A stretch of 64,000 bases of DNA from Leucoraja ocellata (lineage: Eukaryota). The stretch is from NCBI GenBank assembly GCA_036785375.1, contig JAWMAR010000463.1, positions 930,001-994,000 of the forward strand. The letters run 5' to 3'. Shown one piece after another: positions 40,480 to 52,229 of the stretch. Position numbers and translations under genes: made by a program. The notes under the pieces were generated by a model that saw nothing but the letters and a program-made list of their open reading frames with translations, was not told the origin of the DNA and made no database searches. The first letter of the stretch is position 1. Each line of letters starts with the position of its first letter.

Positions 40480-41030
40480 TTGTGTAGGAAGGAACTGCAG
40501 ATGCTGGTTTAAACCAAAGACAGACACAAAGAACTGGAGTAACACAGCGGGTCATGCAGCATCTCTGGAGAAAAGAAAGAGGTGATGTTTCAGGTCAAGA
40601 CCCTTCTTCAGACTGAGAGTCAGGGGAAATGGAAACGAGAGAAATAGAGTAAAGAAATGAAAGATATGCAAAAAAGTAACGATGATCTAGGAAACCATCC
40701 ATTATTGGCTGGGGGGGCTAGGTGAAAATGGGTTATACAGTCAATGAAACTCATCAGGACGACAGTGATAACAACTTGAGTGGGGGAGGGACATAGATAG
40801 AGGGGGATGCAAGGGTTACTAAAAGTTAGAGAAATTTATATTCATACCGCTGGGTTGTAAGCTGCCGAAGCAACATATAAGGTGCTGTTCCTCCAATTTG
40901 CGTTTGGTTTCACTCTAACAATGGAGGAGGCCCAGGCCAGAAAGGTCAGTATGGGAAGAGGAGTTGACGTGTTTGGCAGGCGGACTGAGCACAGGTGTTC
41001 AGCAAAATGATTGCCCAGTTTGTGCTTACA
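40480..41030 (-). mobile_element. Penelope-like element remnant with GIY-YIG fragment and hammerhead-like terminal repeat
   Basis: Minus-strand LGNHFAEHLCSVR resembles the RLGDRFAEHLR motif. Downstream on the same strand is CTGAAGA a GGGTC tt GACCT GAAA catc at 40611-40584. Confidence 0.7.
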
Positions 41031-42164
41031 CCCCAATCAGTTGCATAACTACCCTGCAACAAAACCCTGAGCTCTTGTGTATCCTCCACACTCTACTGGT
41101 GGACATGCCTTCATCTGCATTGGTCCTCAGCTCTGTGATTCCTAACACTGGCCCCTGTGGCACAGCATGCAACAATGTGTAATTATGGTTCTGTGAAACG
41201 ACTTGGATTATGTTCTATGACGTTATTTAAAGTAAGACAATCCGTGGTTTATTAAATCCCCAGCTATTATTTTGTTGTGTTACCTTCTCCCGTTCTCACA
41301 CCCCCACCTTTTCAGTTCCACTGACACAAACAATACAGCATCTGTTCCTGACGAAGCTAGTGGCCAACTCGCCATCTTTTGTTTTTGATATTGCGTTTAG
41401 TATGTGGGGGGTGGGTAACACATGTCGAAAGGGGGTTCTGTATTGATAGCAATGATTAGACAGCTGCTCAGTGATCCACCAGGGGTTTGTTTAATTATTG
41501 ACCTGTAGAATCGACATTGATCTTCTAACCTTCTCACGACCAGCTGTAATATGACGGAGACTCCTGATGGATGTTAGAGCTAATGGTTAAACATCATGAC
41601 AAGCATATTAATGCAATTACTTAACAATCATTATCTAATCCAGTTGAAACATAAAGTTAAGAAAGAAAATGCTGTAATGGCAATTCCGGTAGGAACATTA
41701 TTTTCTTTTTAAACCCATCTTTTGAATCAGCAGCCCACCACTCAGGATCTACGGTGTGGTGTCTGCTTCTGTGTGATTGTGTAGCGTCCCCACCTATCTT
41801 CTAGGCCCTGCTCCATGTTACAATAACATCCAACTTACACCAAACGTATAGTAAAATCATAGTGTCATGGATAATATTAATCATAGTGCATGGAAACAGA
41901 CCTTTCAGCCCAACTTGTTTGGTCCAGCCAAAATGCCCCATCCAGGTTACTCCCATTTGCCTGCGTTGCCTATTTCTTTCGCTCCATAGATGCTGCTGCA
42001 CACGCTGAGTATCTCCTTCGATTTTCCAGCATCTGCAGTTCCTTCTTAAAAACTCTTACTTGTTGCAGTTTAGCAAGCCCATAAAGGCAATAACACACAA
42101 ATGTTTTGATTTTTTCAACACACTTTGATTTTTTCAAAAAGATAACAAAAGATATTCTAGTGAG

Positions 42165-42495
42165 CAGTAATACTGGTGTGGTTTTCCATGTATCAGTAAG
42201 GCTTTTGACAAGGTCTCACATGGATAACTGCTCCAAAAAGTTAGAAGCAAGTTGGCAAACTGAATCCCAAATTGACTTGGTAATAGGAGGGTGATTGTGA
42301 TGGTGGAGGTTTGTTTTTGTGATTGGAAACATGTGATCAGTGATGTGCCACAGTGATCAGTGTGGAACCCATACTGTATTTTTAATATACACTAACAACG
42401 GATATGAATGCAGGAGGCATGATTGGTATGGTTGCTGATGTCACAAAAGTCAAAGATATTGTTGATAGTGAGGGCAACAATCTTAGGCTACAGAT
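42165..42495 (+). mobile_element. Degraded CR1 RT fragment abutting the gap
   Basis: Remnants of KAFDKV and VPQGSVLGP, plus ADVTKVKDIVDSEG. Confidence 0.6.
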
Positions 42496-42509
42496 TATGC
42501 CGTTCTTTT

Positions 42510-42709
42510 NNNNNNNNNNNNNNNNNNNNNNNNNNNNNNNNNNNNNNNNNNNNNNNNNNNNNNNNNNNNNNNNNNNNNNNNNNNNNNNNNNNNNNNNNNN
42601 NNNNNNNNNNNNNNNNNNNNNNNNNNNNNNNNNNNNNNNNNNNNNNNNNNNNNNNNNNNNNNNNNNNNNNNNNNNNNNNNNNNNNNNNNNNNNNNNNNNN
42701 NNNNNNNNN
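42510..42709. other. Assembly gap (exactly 200 N, likely a scaffold join of unknown size)
   Basis: Round-number N run flanked by CR1 fragments in opposite orientations. Confidence 1.
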
Positions 42710-43163
42710 CACTCATTCTTCTAAACTCCAAAGAATACTCATCTAACACTTATAATCATTCATGATAGAACAGCCCTCTCATCCTAGGAATTAGCCCAGT
42801 GAATCTTTTTGGGCAGCCTCCAATTCTATTACATTATTTCTTAAGTAAGGAGACCAAACTGCATAGTTCTGATGAAATATCTTCTATGTGTTGTTAACTT
42901 GGTTTCTCCTTTAACAGATGCTGCCTGGACCTGCTGAATGTTTACAGCAGTTTATGCTTTTATTTCAGCCTCTGCAGGTTTTTGATTTCCACATACACAG
43001 TAGTCAAGGTGTGGCTTCTCTATGGCAACAAAGGTCACATTGCCATTACTTCACACACAAGAGCACCCAGATCCCTCGTTTACAGTCTCTCACCATTTAA
43101 ATGATAATCCGTCTTTTGAATCAAGGGCAACACCTGATGCAGATGCTACTGCAGAATGCTTAC

Positions 43164-43294
43164 CGATTACCTTCAACCACATCTATCAGGTCATCCGCTG
43201 TTGAATCGCCTCGTAATGTGATGTCAGCATTGTGGATTTTATATTCAGCGAGGATACTTTTCACAGTTTCCATGTCCAGTTCAGACTGTCCACA
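43164..43294 (-). CDS. DRG1: DRG1 coding exon 6 (131 bp), last exon found
   Basis: Encodes [43 protein letters not shown](R). Acceptor tacAG|, donor |GTAAGC. Not in the supplied ORF track. Confidence 0.95.
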
Positions 43295-44359
43295 CTGTAG
43301 AGCAAATCAGAGTAAAATGGATATACAAAGGTAACAGCGCACATCATTCTCTGAGATAATGCAGTTTTGCTCGGTGATAAAAGCTGGACATCGGAAGACG
43401 AAACATCGATCAGTTAATTCTTCACCTAATTTCCATGACCAGTAGATAGTTGCAGATTTGTGCTACTTCAGCCCTCTTGGATGTTCTTTTAATGTTAACA
43501 TTTTAACCTATTTTTTGTAGGTCAGTCAGGGCATTTGTCTGGGAAGCTGGAGTTAATTCTGTACAGGAACAGGTGAAAAATCAAGGCTTGGCATAAAATT
43601 AATCTGTTGGTTCTACAAACATATTGTGGAGACACAAGGAATTGCAATTGCTGGTTTTAAAAAGACAAAGTGCTAGAGAAACGTAGCAGGTTAGGCAGCA
43701 TCTCTGGAGAACATGGACAGGTGAAATTTCAGATTTCAGGCTGACTGTAGTAGGCAAGAAAAGGCAAGAAGAAAGGCAGGCCAAATATCAAATATTCAAA
43801 ATAAAAGCCTCCAGAATTGCAGTAAATGCAGGCCAGTCAGTTTAATCGCAAAGGGTGATGAAAGTTTTATAATACAGATCGCACCGGTAGTCAGAATCGA
43901 ACCCGAGTCTCTGGTGCTGTAAGGTAGTAGCTTTACAGCTACGCCACCGTGCCGCCCTATGGATCATGGATGGGTCATTAATATCATTGATCATTGAGTT
44001 CCTGCTTATCTTATGGGTACAGCAAATATATGCTTAGAAATGTAAAAGGTTCATTTTACCTGCAATCTTTGCTCATTTGAATCATACACAAATGGCTTGA
44101 AAAAAACCCCAAATAAATTTACCAAGCATCCATATACGAATATTATAAATGAAATTATAAAAACACAAAATTAATGGATAATACAACACTGTAACCCAAC
44201 TGTATAAAATAACCAAGAATATAACCAATACTAAACAGCTGTTTAAATCAATCCAATGAGATGAAATTACATCTTCATCCCTAGACCACCCAACATTGAT
44301 CACAGGTTCATGCAATTCTGATCCAATGTCAACCTTTTAAATAATTTCTTGTCACCTAC

Positions 44360-44529
44360 CGTAGATGTCAGATTAATGCCTCCCTTATCCTTCTTCCTGA
44401 ACCCGATGTTGGGAGGCTGCTTGTTAAGCCGGATTCCAAAGCCTTCTACTTCATTCTCAATTATCTTCTTGTGTACCAGAGGCTTCAGCACATCGAGTAC
44501 GATCAGGATTAGGTTACAGGTCCGAGCGA
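44360..44529 (-). CDS. DRG1: DRG1 coding exon 5 (170 bp)
   Basis: [57 protein letters not shown] with AG/GT boundaries. Confidence 0.96.
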
Positions 44530-44619
44530 CTGAGATAGAGGAAGGAAACAAACACACTGAGTTTACAAACGGATCCTTTGAAAAAGAGACAAAGTTTATA
44601 TTTACCATTCCCAGAGAAA

Positions 44620-45050
44620 ACTTCATTGTTGATAACACTGTAATAGGCCAGATCTCAAACAATGATGAGATGGAGTAAAGGAAGGAGACTGAATGCTGAC
44701 TGACATGGTATCAAGATATCAACCTCTCCAGCAAGATGAAGGGACTAGTTAACGACTTCAGAAAATGACATGGTCAGTGCCCCAGTCAGCATCAATGGTG
44801 CTCAAGTGGAGATGTTAAAGAGCTTTAAGGGCCAACCATGTGGAACCTACAGCCAAGAAAGAACATCACACTTCTACTTCTACTTCAACCCCCCACCCCA
44901 TTCAGTAACTGTATTCTGCAATCTGGTATGTTCCTCTTGGCACTACCTGGTGTGATTGTATATGGTTTGATTGTTCCCATATAGTACGATTTGACAAGCT
45001 AGCAAGAAACTGTATCCTGGTACACGTGGCCATAATGAACCAATACCAAG
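44620..45050 (+). mobile_element. Degraded Rex1-like LINE fragment in DRG1 intron 4
   Basis: [16 protein letters not shown] and APVSINGAQVEMLKSFK remnants. Confidence 0.6.
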
Positions 45051-45183
45051 GCAAGAATTACAGGTTACTAGATTCCTTGTCCTGCACACACAATTTGCTG
45101 GGATATATAATGAAGTGTTCAGAACAGTTCTTTACTGAAAAATGAAATTAATCTTTTGTCATATATTAAAACACGCAACCTAC

Positions 45184-45253
45184 CAGCAATAACCTGTCGC
45201 CCACGGCCTTTGCCATCTTTGGCTCCCTCAATGATACCTGGAAGATCAAGCAG
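45184..45253 (-). CDS. DRG1: DRG1 coding exon 4 (70 bp)
   Basis: [23 protein letters not shown] (G3 DxPG) with AG/GT boundaries. Confidence 0.96.
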
Positions 45254-45818
45254 CTGGACAGGAATACAAATATGGTTAAATGGTGAGTGTCCAAGATAAA
45301 TTAAAATATTGTGCAAAATCAAATGAAAACCCCTCAAATTCTATCCCAACGTGGTCTTCCACCGTCACTATAATACATAGTCCGTCTGTCCACTGTCACT
45401 GTAATACATATTCCATCTACAGCACCTATCTATCATTTCCAGGTGACAAGGAAATCATTCCTTCGTTAGTTCAGCTCTAATTTCAAGAACATGCTTGTGT
45501 TCTGTACAAACTTTAAAATAATTTTACACAATGTATTTAATCAGCATGTTTGTGGGCCAGTATTGCTGTCTCTATCACACAGTTAAAGCGCAAATTTACT
45601 GAAGGTGACAAGTGTCATCATAGCCAAGTATTTTCTGTTGACTGAAATAAACTAAGGCTCCTTAAATGCACCAGCAGACGAGAAAATGGGCTGACATTTG
45701 CAATACCAAGCTCACAATGACTATGTTAATATGTTTGGAAGGATAACCATTTTTTTTAACTTAACCATGCACAATTTAACTCTATCTACAGTTACCCATC
45801 TGAGTTTCCACATCATAC

Positions 45819-45994
45819 CTGTATCTTGGCTCCTTTATAGCGAATCACCCCTGGTACCGTGGTCAAAGTAGTAAACTCATAGGCCGCAACTTCAGAATAC
45901 ACTCCTGCCAGATTACTTAGTAATGTAGATTTTCCAACAGAAGGGAAACCCACAAACCCAATCCGGGCATCCCCAGTCTTGGCAACATCAAACC
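45819..45994 (-). CDS. DRG1: DRG1 coding exon 3 (176 bp)
   Basis: [26 protein letters not shown]...YEFTTLT...GAKIQ (G1 P-loop and G2 of OBG-family GTPases). Confidence 0.97.
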
Positions 45995-46469
45995 CTAGCA
46001 CCAACAAGAGATATAGAGGAAAAACAATCATCAATAAATTCACACTGGCATAATATTTAGTGAATATTATAAAAGCACTTTTTTTTTTAATTTGGCATAT
46101 GCAATTTGGCTAATCACCTGTCCTTGACATTCAATTACATTATTGCAAAGTACCATGCTATCAACACCTCATGGTCACCAATAACCAGAAAATTAACAGA
46201 CTAGCCATGCATTTACTGTGGCTACTAGAGGGTTAGATGCTGGGTAACCTGCAGCAAGTGACTCGCCTTCTGACGCCAAAGCCATGAATTATCCACAAGA
46301 AACAGGTCAGAAGCATAATGAAATACACCTGCATCAGTGCGGCATTCACAACAGTCAAGAAACATAACACCATCCAGGACAAAGCAACTAAACTGATTGA
46401 CACCTTATCCTGCCTAAAAAAATAATTCCACAATCATAGTGCAAGTGACTGCAAGGTGTACCAGCTTCA

Positions 46470-46800
46470 ATGTGCTCTTTAGTTACTTGGCTAAGCTGCT
46501 CTGACTGCATCTCCAAACTCTCAACCGCTACCACTAAAAAAGGAGAATGTTTTCATAGGAACAGGTGCACCTGTAGAATCCCTTCTAAGGCACATTGCCT
46601 CCTGACTCGGAAATATATTGCCGTTCCTTCTTCATCACTGGCTCTAAATCTTGGAACCTAAATCAACTGCACCAAGTGTATCTTCACCCGAAGGACTGTT
46701 GTGATTCGAGGTGGACGCTCACCACCACCTTCTCAATAGCAATTAGGCAATAAATGCTGGCTTTATCAACAGTATCCAGATGCTTAAAAAATGAATAATC
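46470..46800 (+). mobile_element. LINE 3'-end repeat of unassigned family (tail also at about 12715-12860 and 56930-57025)
   Basis: Shared tail ...ttcaag..gctcaccaccaccttctcaa..gcaattagg..caataaatgctggc...cacatccc at three loci. Confidence 0.55.
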
Positions 46801-46984
46801 ACATAGAAATATTAATGTTTACAAACACACCATCCTGGATCCAACGGAACACCTTTCTGTGGTACCTTCGCCACTGACATTATCAATGTTATTCCAATTA
46901 CGCTATAATGTTTCCTATTTCCAGCACTAATTCCATAATCACCTCATGCCTTTGCTTAAAAACTTATATTTACCGAATCAATTC

Positions 46985-47577
46985 CAGCTACCAGTATGCA
47001 GCTACTCCCAGGGTACGTTCTGGGCTTGAAGATCTGTTGCAAGTTCCGGGGAGCCACGTGCATGATGGGAGTGTCCTGGGGGAGCAGGCCCGATCCACCC
47101 GCCGAACAACCGCGCCGCCGATGACCCGAACGTGCCCCGGTAGGCCCAACGCGCCCCACAGGACTTCCAGGGGACTGCAGAGAAGCCGGACGGCGAGGCC
47201 TGTCTGGGCCGAAGGAGCCTCAGCGGTGATGGGAGCCTCGGCGGCAGCGGGAGCCTCGCGATCAGTGGTCGATGAGCACGAGGGGGGGGAGGGGAAGACA
47301 ATGGGGACCCGGCGTGAGGGGGACCGCTGTGAGAGAACAGACCCAGTGTGGGGCGGGGGACTCTAGTTTTAGAACCCTCTGCCCAGGGGATAAGTCTCTG
47401 TGTGTTTGTTTGTTTGTTCCGGTTAAGGCGCTGTGCACACGGCAGCCAGCCAGCCAACAGTCTTTTTTCTCACTTTTAATTTAATTTTAATTTCACGTTT
47501 TCATATACCTTGTGTGTTGTGACTGTTGGCAGACCAATTTCCCTCCAGGGATGAATAAAGTTTTATTGTATCGTATC
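46985..47577 (+). mobile_element. GC-rich non-autonomous retroelement with Rex1-like tail in DRG1 intron 2
   Basis: CpG-rich body and tail gcagaccaatttccctccagggatgaataaag..gtatcgtatc. Homologous to 38600-38875. Confidence 0.65.
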
Positions 47578-48481
47578 ATAAGTTCAGCACATGTTTGTTA
47601 ATGGGCCTTTCACACGCCAGCATTGAAACAGCAACCCCATTCACTTTAATAGAGATTCCTAACCTCAAACACTTTCTCAATTATATTTTATTTGAATGTT
47701 TTAATTAATTTCAAAAATTTTAATGTGCTTCAACAACTATGTTTTAAAAAATTCCAAGTAAACCATTTGAAGCAATGTTAATATATCCATGGCATTTGAA
47801 AAGTGATACGAAACTCATTACATTGTGCCACATGTGAAGGGTCTGATCATTCAGCAAAGTCATGGCCAGCTTGATCCAATCAATTTATTTTCTTCATAAG
47901 GTGAACATAAGAGACTGCAGATATTGGAATCAAGAGCAAAAATATAAACTGCTGGGTGAAGCAGTATTGGTGGTGGCAAAGAGATGATCGATGTTTCAGG
48001 GGGTGTCTTGTGAAATATCAACTATCACATGCTGCTTAATGTGCCGTGTTCTTCCTGTTTTTTATATTTTACTTAGTCTCCTTTATCACTGCCCTTGCAG
48101 AGGCGAACTGGCTCACTCAACTCCAACAAATGGATTACAAGATCCCCGCCTTGCCTTTGACTACCTGCAGGGTCCCATTCCACCTCATACGATCATTAAC
48201 GTCTAGTCCACTATTTGTCATAGATCCAGCAAACACTATACCGCTATCATCGCTGTATTTACTATTTTTAAAAATACTTCCCAACACCATTCTCTCTAAT
48301 TAGAGTATCCTGCTCATCCTGCAAAGCATGGAGATTAGTACTTTGAACAATACATAACAGCTTTGAAAGCATTCATCTTCACACATCTGGGCAAAATCAA
48401 TATTGTGGCTATCCCAAATTTCAACAAATAAGACAGCAAATAACATTCGTCATTTTAGACATTCTAATACAAATCCAGTAC

Positions 48482-48605
48482 CTTCACCAGGTCCTCCTCC
48501 ACCTCCTCCTTTGGGAGTGATAAGTTCTCGGCGTAGTTTGGCCAGACGGGCTTTCAACAGACCCAAGTGGTGAGCCGTTGCTTTGTTTTTCTGTGTCCTG
48601 GCCAT
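48482..48605 (-). CDS. DRG1: DRG1 coding exon 2 (124 bp)
   Basis: [48 protein letters not shown] and the poly-Gly run indicate DRG1 rather than DRG2. Confidence 0.97.
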
Positions 48606-48788
48606 CTGATCAAAAAACCAAGGAAGAGGTTTATAGAACCATTGCATGGTATTGTGTGTTTATAGTTACCAATATATCCCGACACAGATCAATAATGATG
48701 GCTGTACAGTCATTACTACTGACACTGAAAATACTTGGATAACTACAAGTCAATGCCATCCAACAGAAAGATCACCATCATATCCTAA

Positions 48789-49020
48789 GTTCCCAACCTG
48801 GGGTAAATTTACCCCCAGGGGGTAAATTTCACCTACCCAGGGGGTATATTTGTTGAGTCTGGATTTGTTAAAAAAACAGTAATTTAAAATTTACCCTTGG
48901 TCGGTTGCTTTATTATGGCAGAAGTGTAAACGCAAATTACTGAACAAAACGGGGTGGGGGTAAATTTACTTTCGAACGGTTGCCTGGGGTAAACGGGACG
49001 AAGAAGGTTGGAAACCCCTG
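48789..49020. mobile_element. hAT (Charlie-like) MITE with clipped left TIR
   Basis: GTTCCCAACCT ... AGGTTGGAAACCCCTG, flanked on both sides by TCCTAAG, with internal GGGGTAAATTT repeats. Confidence 0.7.
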
Positions 49021-51057
49021 TCCTAAGGGGAACTGAATTGTTTATTGGAGTTGTCAAGCACCACTGAGCAAAGGATGATTTGAAGGTTTAAAATCTCCAA
49101 ATTGTAAAGACTATACAATTGAGTTAACACAGTCATGCCAGACAAATACAAAAAACCCTCTGAAAAAGTTGCTCCTCAGGTTCCGATTAAGTCTTTCCCC
49201 TCTCACCTTAAACCTGAGCCCTCTAGTTCTCGATTCCCCTCCCTAGGTAAAAGACTCATGTATAATTAATCAAAGTGGATGAACAGTAATTTCTGTCATA
49301 TCAACAACTTCACAAATAGATCAAGATGCACCATTTACTTGACACTTCTGAGTGAAGGTCGTTGCAAATATTTTTGCGTCGATCTTTGCACTTACCAGCT
49401 GGGCATTATCTTTGAGGATGGAGATCTCCTCCTCTGTTGGCTGCGTAATTGTCTCAATTGATCGCAAATTAATTTGACAATTCAAGAGCATCTATTCCTT
49501 CAGTTAATGGGATTGGTTTTCTGGCTATAGTATGATTCCATTGCTTAATCAAAAAGTAGTTCTGCATTGCAGTTTCACATTTATCGTATTGTATCTAAAA
49601 CCCTTTTCTACGCTTCCTTCTGAATATGTCCCGTCAAATTATATGTTGTGGTTGAATCCAATTGTGCTACATTTGATGGGGAAAAAGCCTCATCTATTGA
49701 TCTGCTGGTTTTTTATTGTTTGCATTGTTCAGTAGAGTACCAGTGAAGATTTGTGTTCAATGAAGACAATAAAATTATTGACACACTCCTAATAAAACAT
49801 CATCAACAGGTATTACTGCAACTGGTGGACTGGCTAGGAGATGGACTACCTCCCTCATATTTCTTTTCTTCCCCTATGCCTTAGGCCTAATCAGACAGTT
49901 ATGCCCCTCAAGTATCAGAAGCTACTTCAGTGGTGAATTATGGGATCCCACTACCATACCCACCTACACCAATAACATTGAGTAGATTCAACTCAATTGT
50001 GATTCTTCCATTTGGCATTCAACAGCATAGAAATTACACTTCAACTGAGGAAGTGTAGAAAACTTGCTCGCTATTGGAACCCAATGAGTTATCTCCCCAG
50101 AATGCATGCCATCAACTTCTACATCTGTTCTCTTAGCAAAACATGGCATACCCAGGAACTACAGTGGAAGAATCTTGGTGAAAGGAAGGGGTTTGAGTGT
50201 ATGATTCTATCCAACTCTCATTTGATTAGATAACAGGACAGTTATGTCAATTTTGAGGCAAAGCTCCAGATACTAGCGAGTCAAATGGATTCATCCAGCT
50301 TCAATGTATGCAGGACTCGGATCAAGGCAATGGGGTTCTAAGTTTTGAGATTTTTATAGTTTGATCACAGTCGCTTGTTCGACCATTTCAGGGAACATGA
50401 AGCATATTGCTACAACTCTGAAGTCATCAAGGATGGATCTTCTACGTCATCAGCAGTGACAGAAAAATTCCATTCATAAAGCGAAATCAACTTTACACCT
50501 CCAAACACCGTCTATAAGATTACACGAAATGTACAACATTTATTGCTCATTATTCTATGTTCGCTCTTCTGGGGAGATGCTAACTGTATTTCGTTGTCTC
50601 TGTACTGTACACTGCACAATGACAATAAAGTTTTAATCTGAATCTGAAACATAGCACAAGAGCAACAAGTGCCATGGGATCGAGAATAACTGATCGTCAT
50701 CACTTGGAAAAAGGCCACTGTGCCACACGTCACTGGTTTAAAACACAGTGAAAGTCGATGAGTTACGAAACAAAATCTCTGAACAGGAGACACATGTCAA
50801 CACCGATAACGCGTGTTCATCAAAGTAGCCGCGGTTGAAGTGACCGGGAAGCCCGGGCCCTCGGTACATCCACGTGAGAATCAGGGTCCATGGGAGGGGA
50901 GGGAGAACTAGGCGTCAGCGAGGAGCAGCGCGGACCCGCCAACTGGGCCAAGGTTCCGGTGGGTAGATTGATCACTGCTGATCTTTTTGTCGGTACGGAG
51001 AGGGGAGAGGAGAATGGGGCAACCATGACCTGTCCGGCCTGCTCTGCTTCTCGTTAC

Positions 51058-51096
51058 CTCGGCCTCGATCTCCGATATTTTCAGTAGGATGCTCAT
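51058..51096 (-). CDS. DRG1: DRG1 coding exon 1 (39 bp)
   Basis: Kozak GCCACGATG, encodes MSILLKISEIEAE, donor GAG|GTAACG. Confidence 0.95.
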
Positions 51097-51373
51097 CGTG
51101 GCGATGTGCTGCCCGCGGGCCCGGCCACCGCCGCTGCCCTACGCTCGGCCCGATGTCTCCCTCAGCGAGGGGCTTGCCGCTTGCCGCTTGCCACCCGCCG
51201 GCTATCGCCGCCGTACACTGGGCCCGGTTTCTCCGTTAGCGTGGGCCCACTACCCGCCAGCCAGCCACCACTGCAAAGCTCGCGAGATCAGTCGTTCAAC
51301 CAGAGTCGTCGGCGCGGGGAGGCGGGAGTTAGTCTGCGCATGCGCCTTCCCGCCGTTGTTGCTCAGCGACGCC

Positions 51374-51444
51374 CGACCAAAGCCTCTTAAAGGGAGGGGC
51401 GACCAAAGCCTCTTAAAGGGATGGGCGTCCAAAGCCTCTTGAAG
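51374..51444 (+). repeat. 26-bp tandem repeat, about 2.7 copies, in the DRG1 promoter
   Basis: CGACCAAAGCCTCTTAAAGGGAGGGG / CGACCAAAGCCTCTTAAAGGGATGGG / CGTCCAAAGCCTCTTGAAG. Confidence 0.9.
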
Positions 51445-52229
51445 TGACTCACTCAACGTCGGCCAAGCGGGGTAGAGCTCCCTCATGCATTAAGTATCGT
51501 TTTTAAACTTAGTATCTACAGACAAGAGACTAAGCAAAATTTTGGGGGCTCGTTAGTATGTCGCTTCAAAGGTCATTGTGGAAAATAAAAGCTCACGGTG
51601 AAGGAGATAACGTATTGGCGAGGATAGGTGAGAGTTGGCTGACAGGAATGAGAGAGACGGTTTACACAGGTCCTTTTTTCTTGTTGACAAGATTTTCTGT
51701 CCAGGCTGGAGGGTATATTTGCTTCCATTCTGGTTTGTATGTTCTGAGGTGACCAATGAAGTCTCACTGTTTCACAGATGGGGCAGAAGGTATTGTTACC
51801 GGTTAATTATTGTCATGTGTATCGAGATACAGTGAAAACCTTTATGTACTATCTAGTCAAATCATACTACCTAAGAGTACAATCAACCCATAGGCAAGTA
51901 TAATAGGTAGGGAAAAGATAACAAATATCAGCATGCAGAATGTACATCCGTTTAAAAAATTAGTTGAATCACGGGCTGATTTTGCTGTTTTTTTCATATG
52001 ATGAATTTCTATGTCCAATATTTGTTCTTATATTGTGCGGAAACCCTATAAATCTCTCTGAAAAAAGTTTCTGGTCATTTTTCAATATCCATGTATTAAT
52101 TTCTAGTGATTTCTGTGAAGTATGCCTTCAGGTGTATATGAAAAAACAATTTCCAACTGCTGTGCTGAAGAAGAAATGATCCCAGTGGTCCTTAAAATAT
52201 AAAGATTGGGGAGTGGAGAAAGGTGTTAT

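Larger units (their letters stand above)
50820..51480. promoter_or_regulatory. CpG island / DRG1 promoter
   Basis: CpG-rich. NRF1 palindrome TGCGCATGCGC at 51335-51345 and BANP/ZBTB33-type (G)CTCGCGAGA at 51278-51287. Confidence 0.85.

Noticed and set aside
42404-42749. ORFs spanning N runs (also 21737-22100)
   Set aside because: Artefacts of assembly gaps.
46908-47484. Overlapping 150-aa ORFs and a CpG-rich patch in DRG1 intron 2
   Set aside because: Explained by a GC-rich repeat homologous to 38600-38875; not a gene or promoter.
51089-51486. ORFs of 78-117 aa in the DRG1 promoter
   Set aside because: Stop-poor GC-rich island with no domain.
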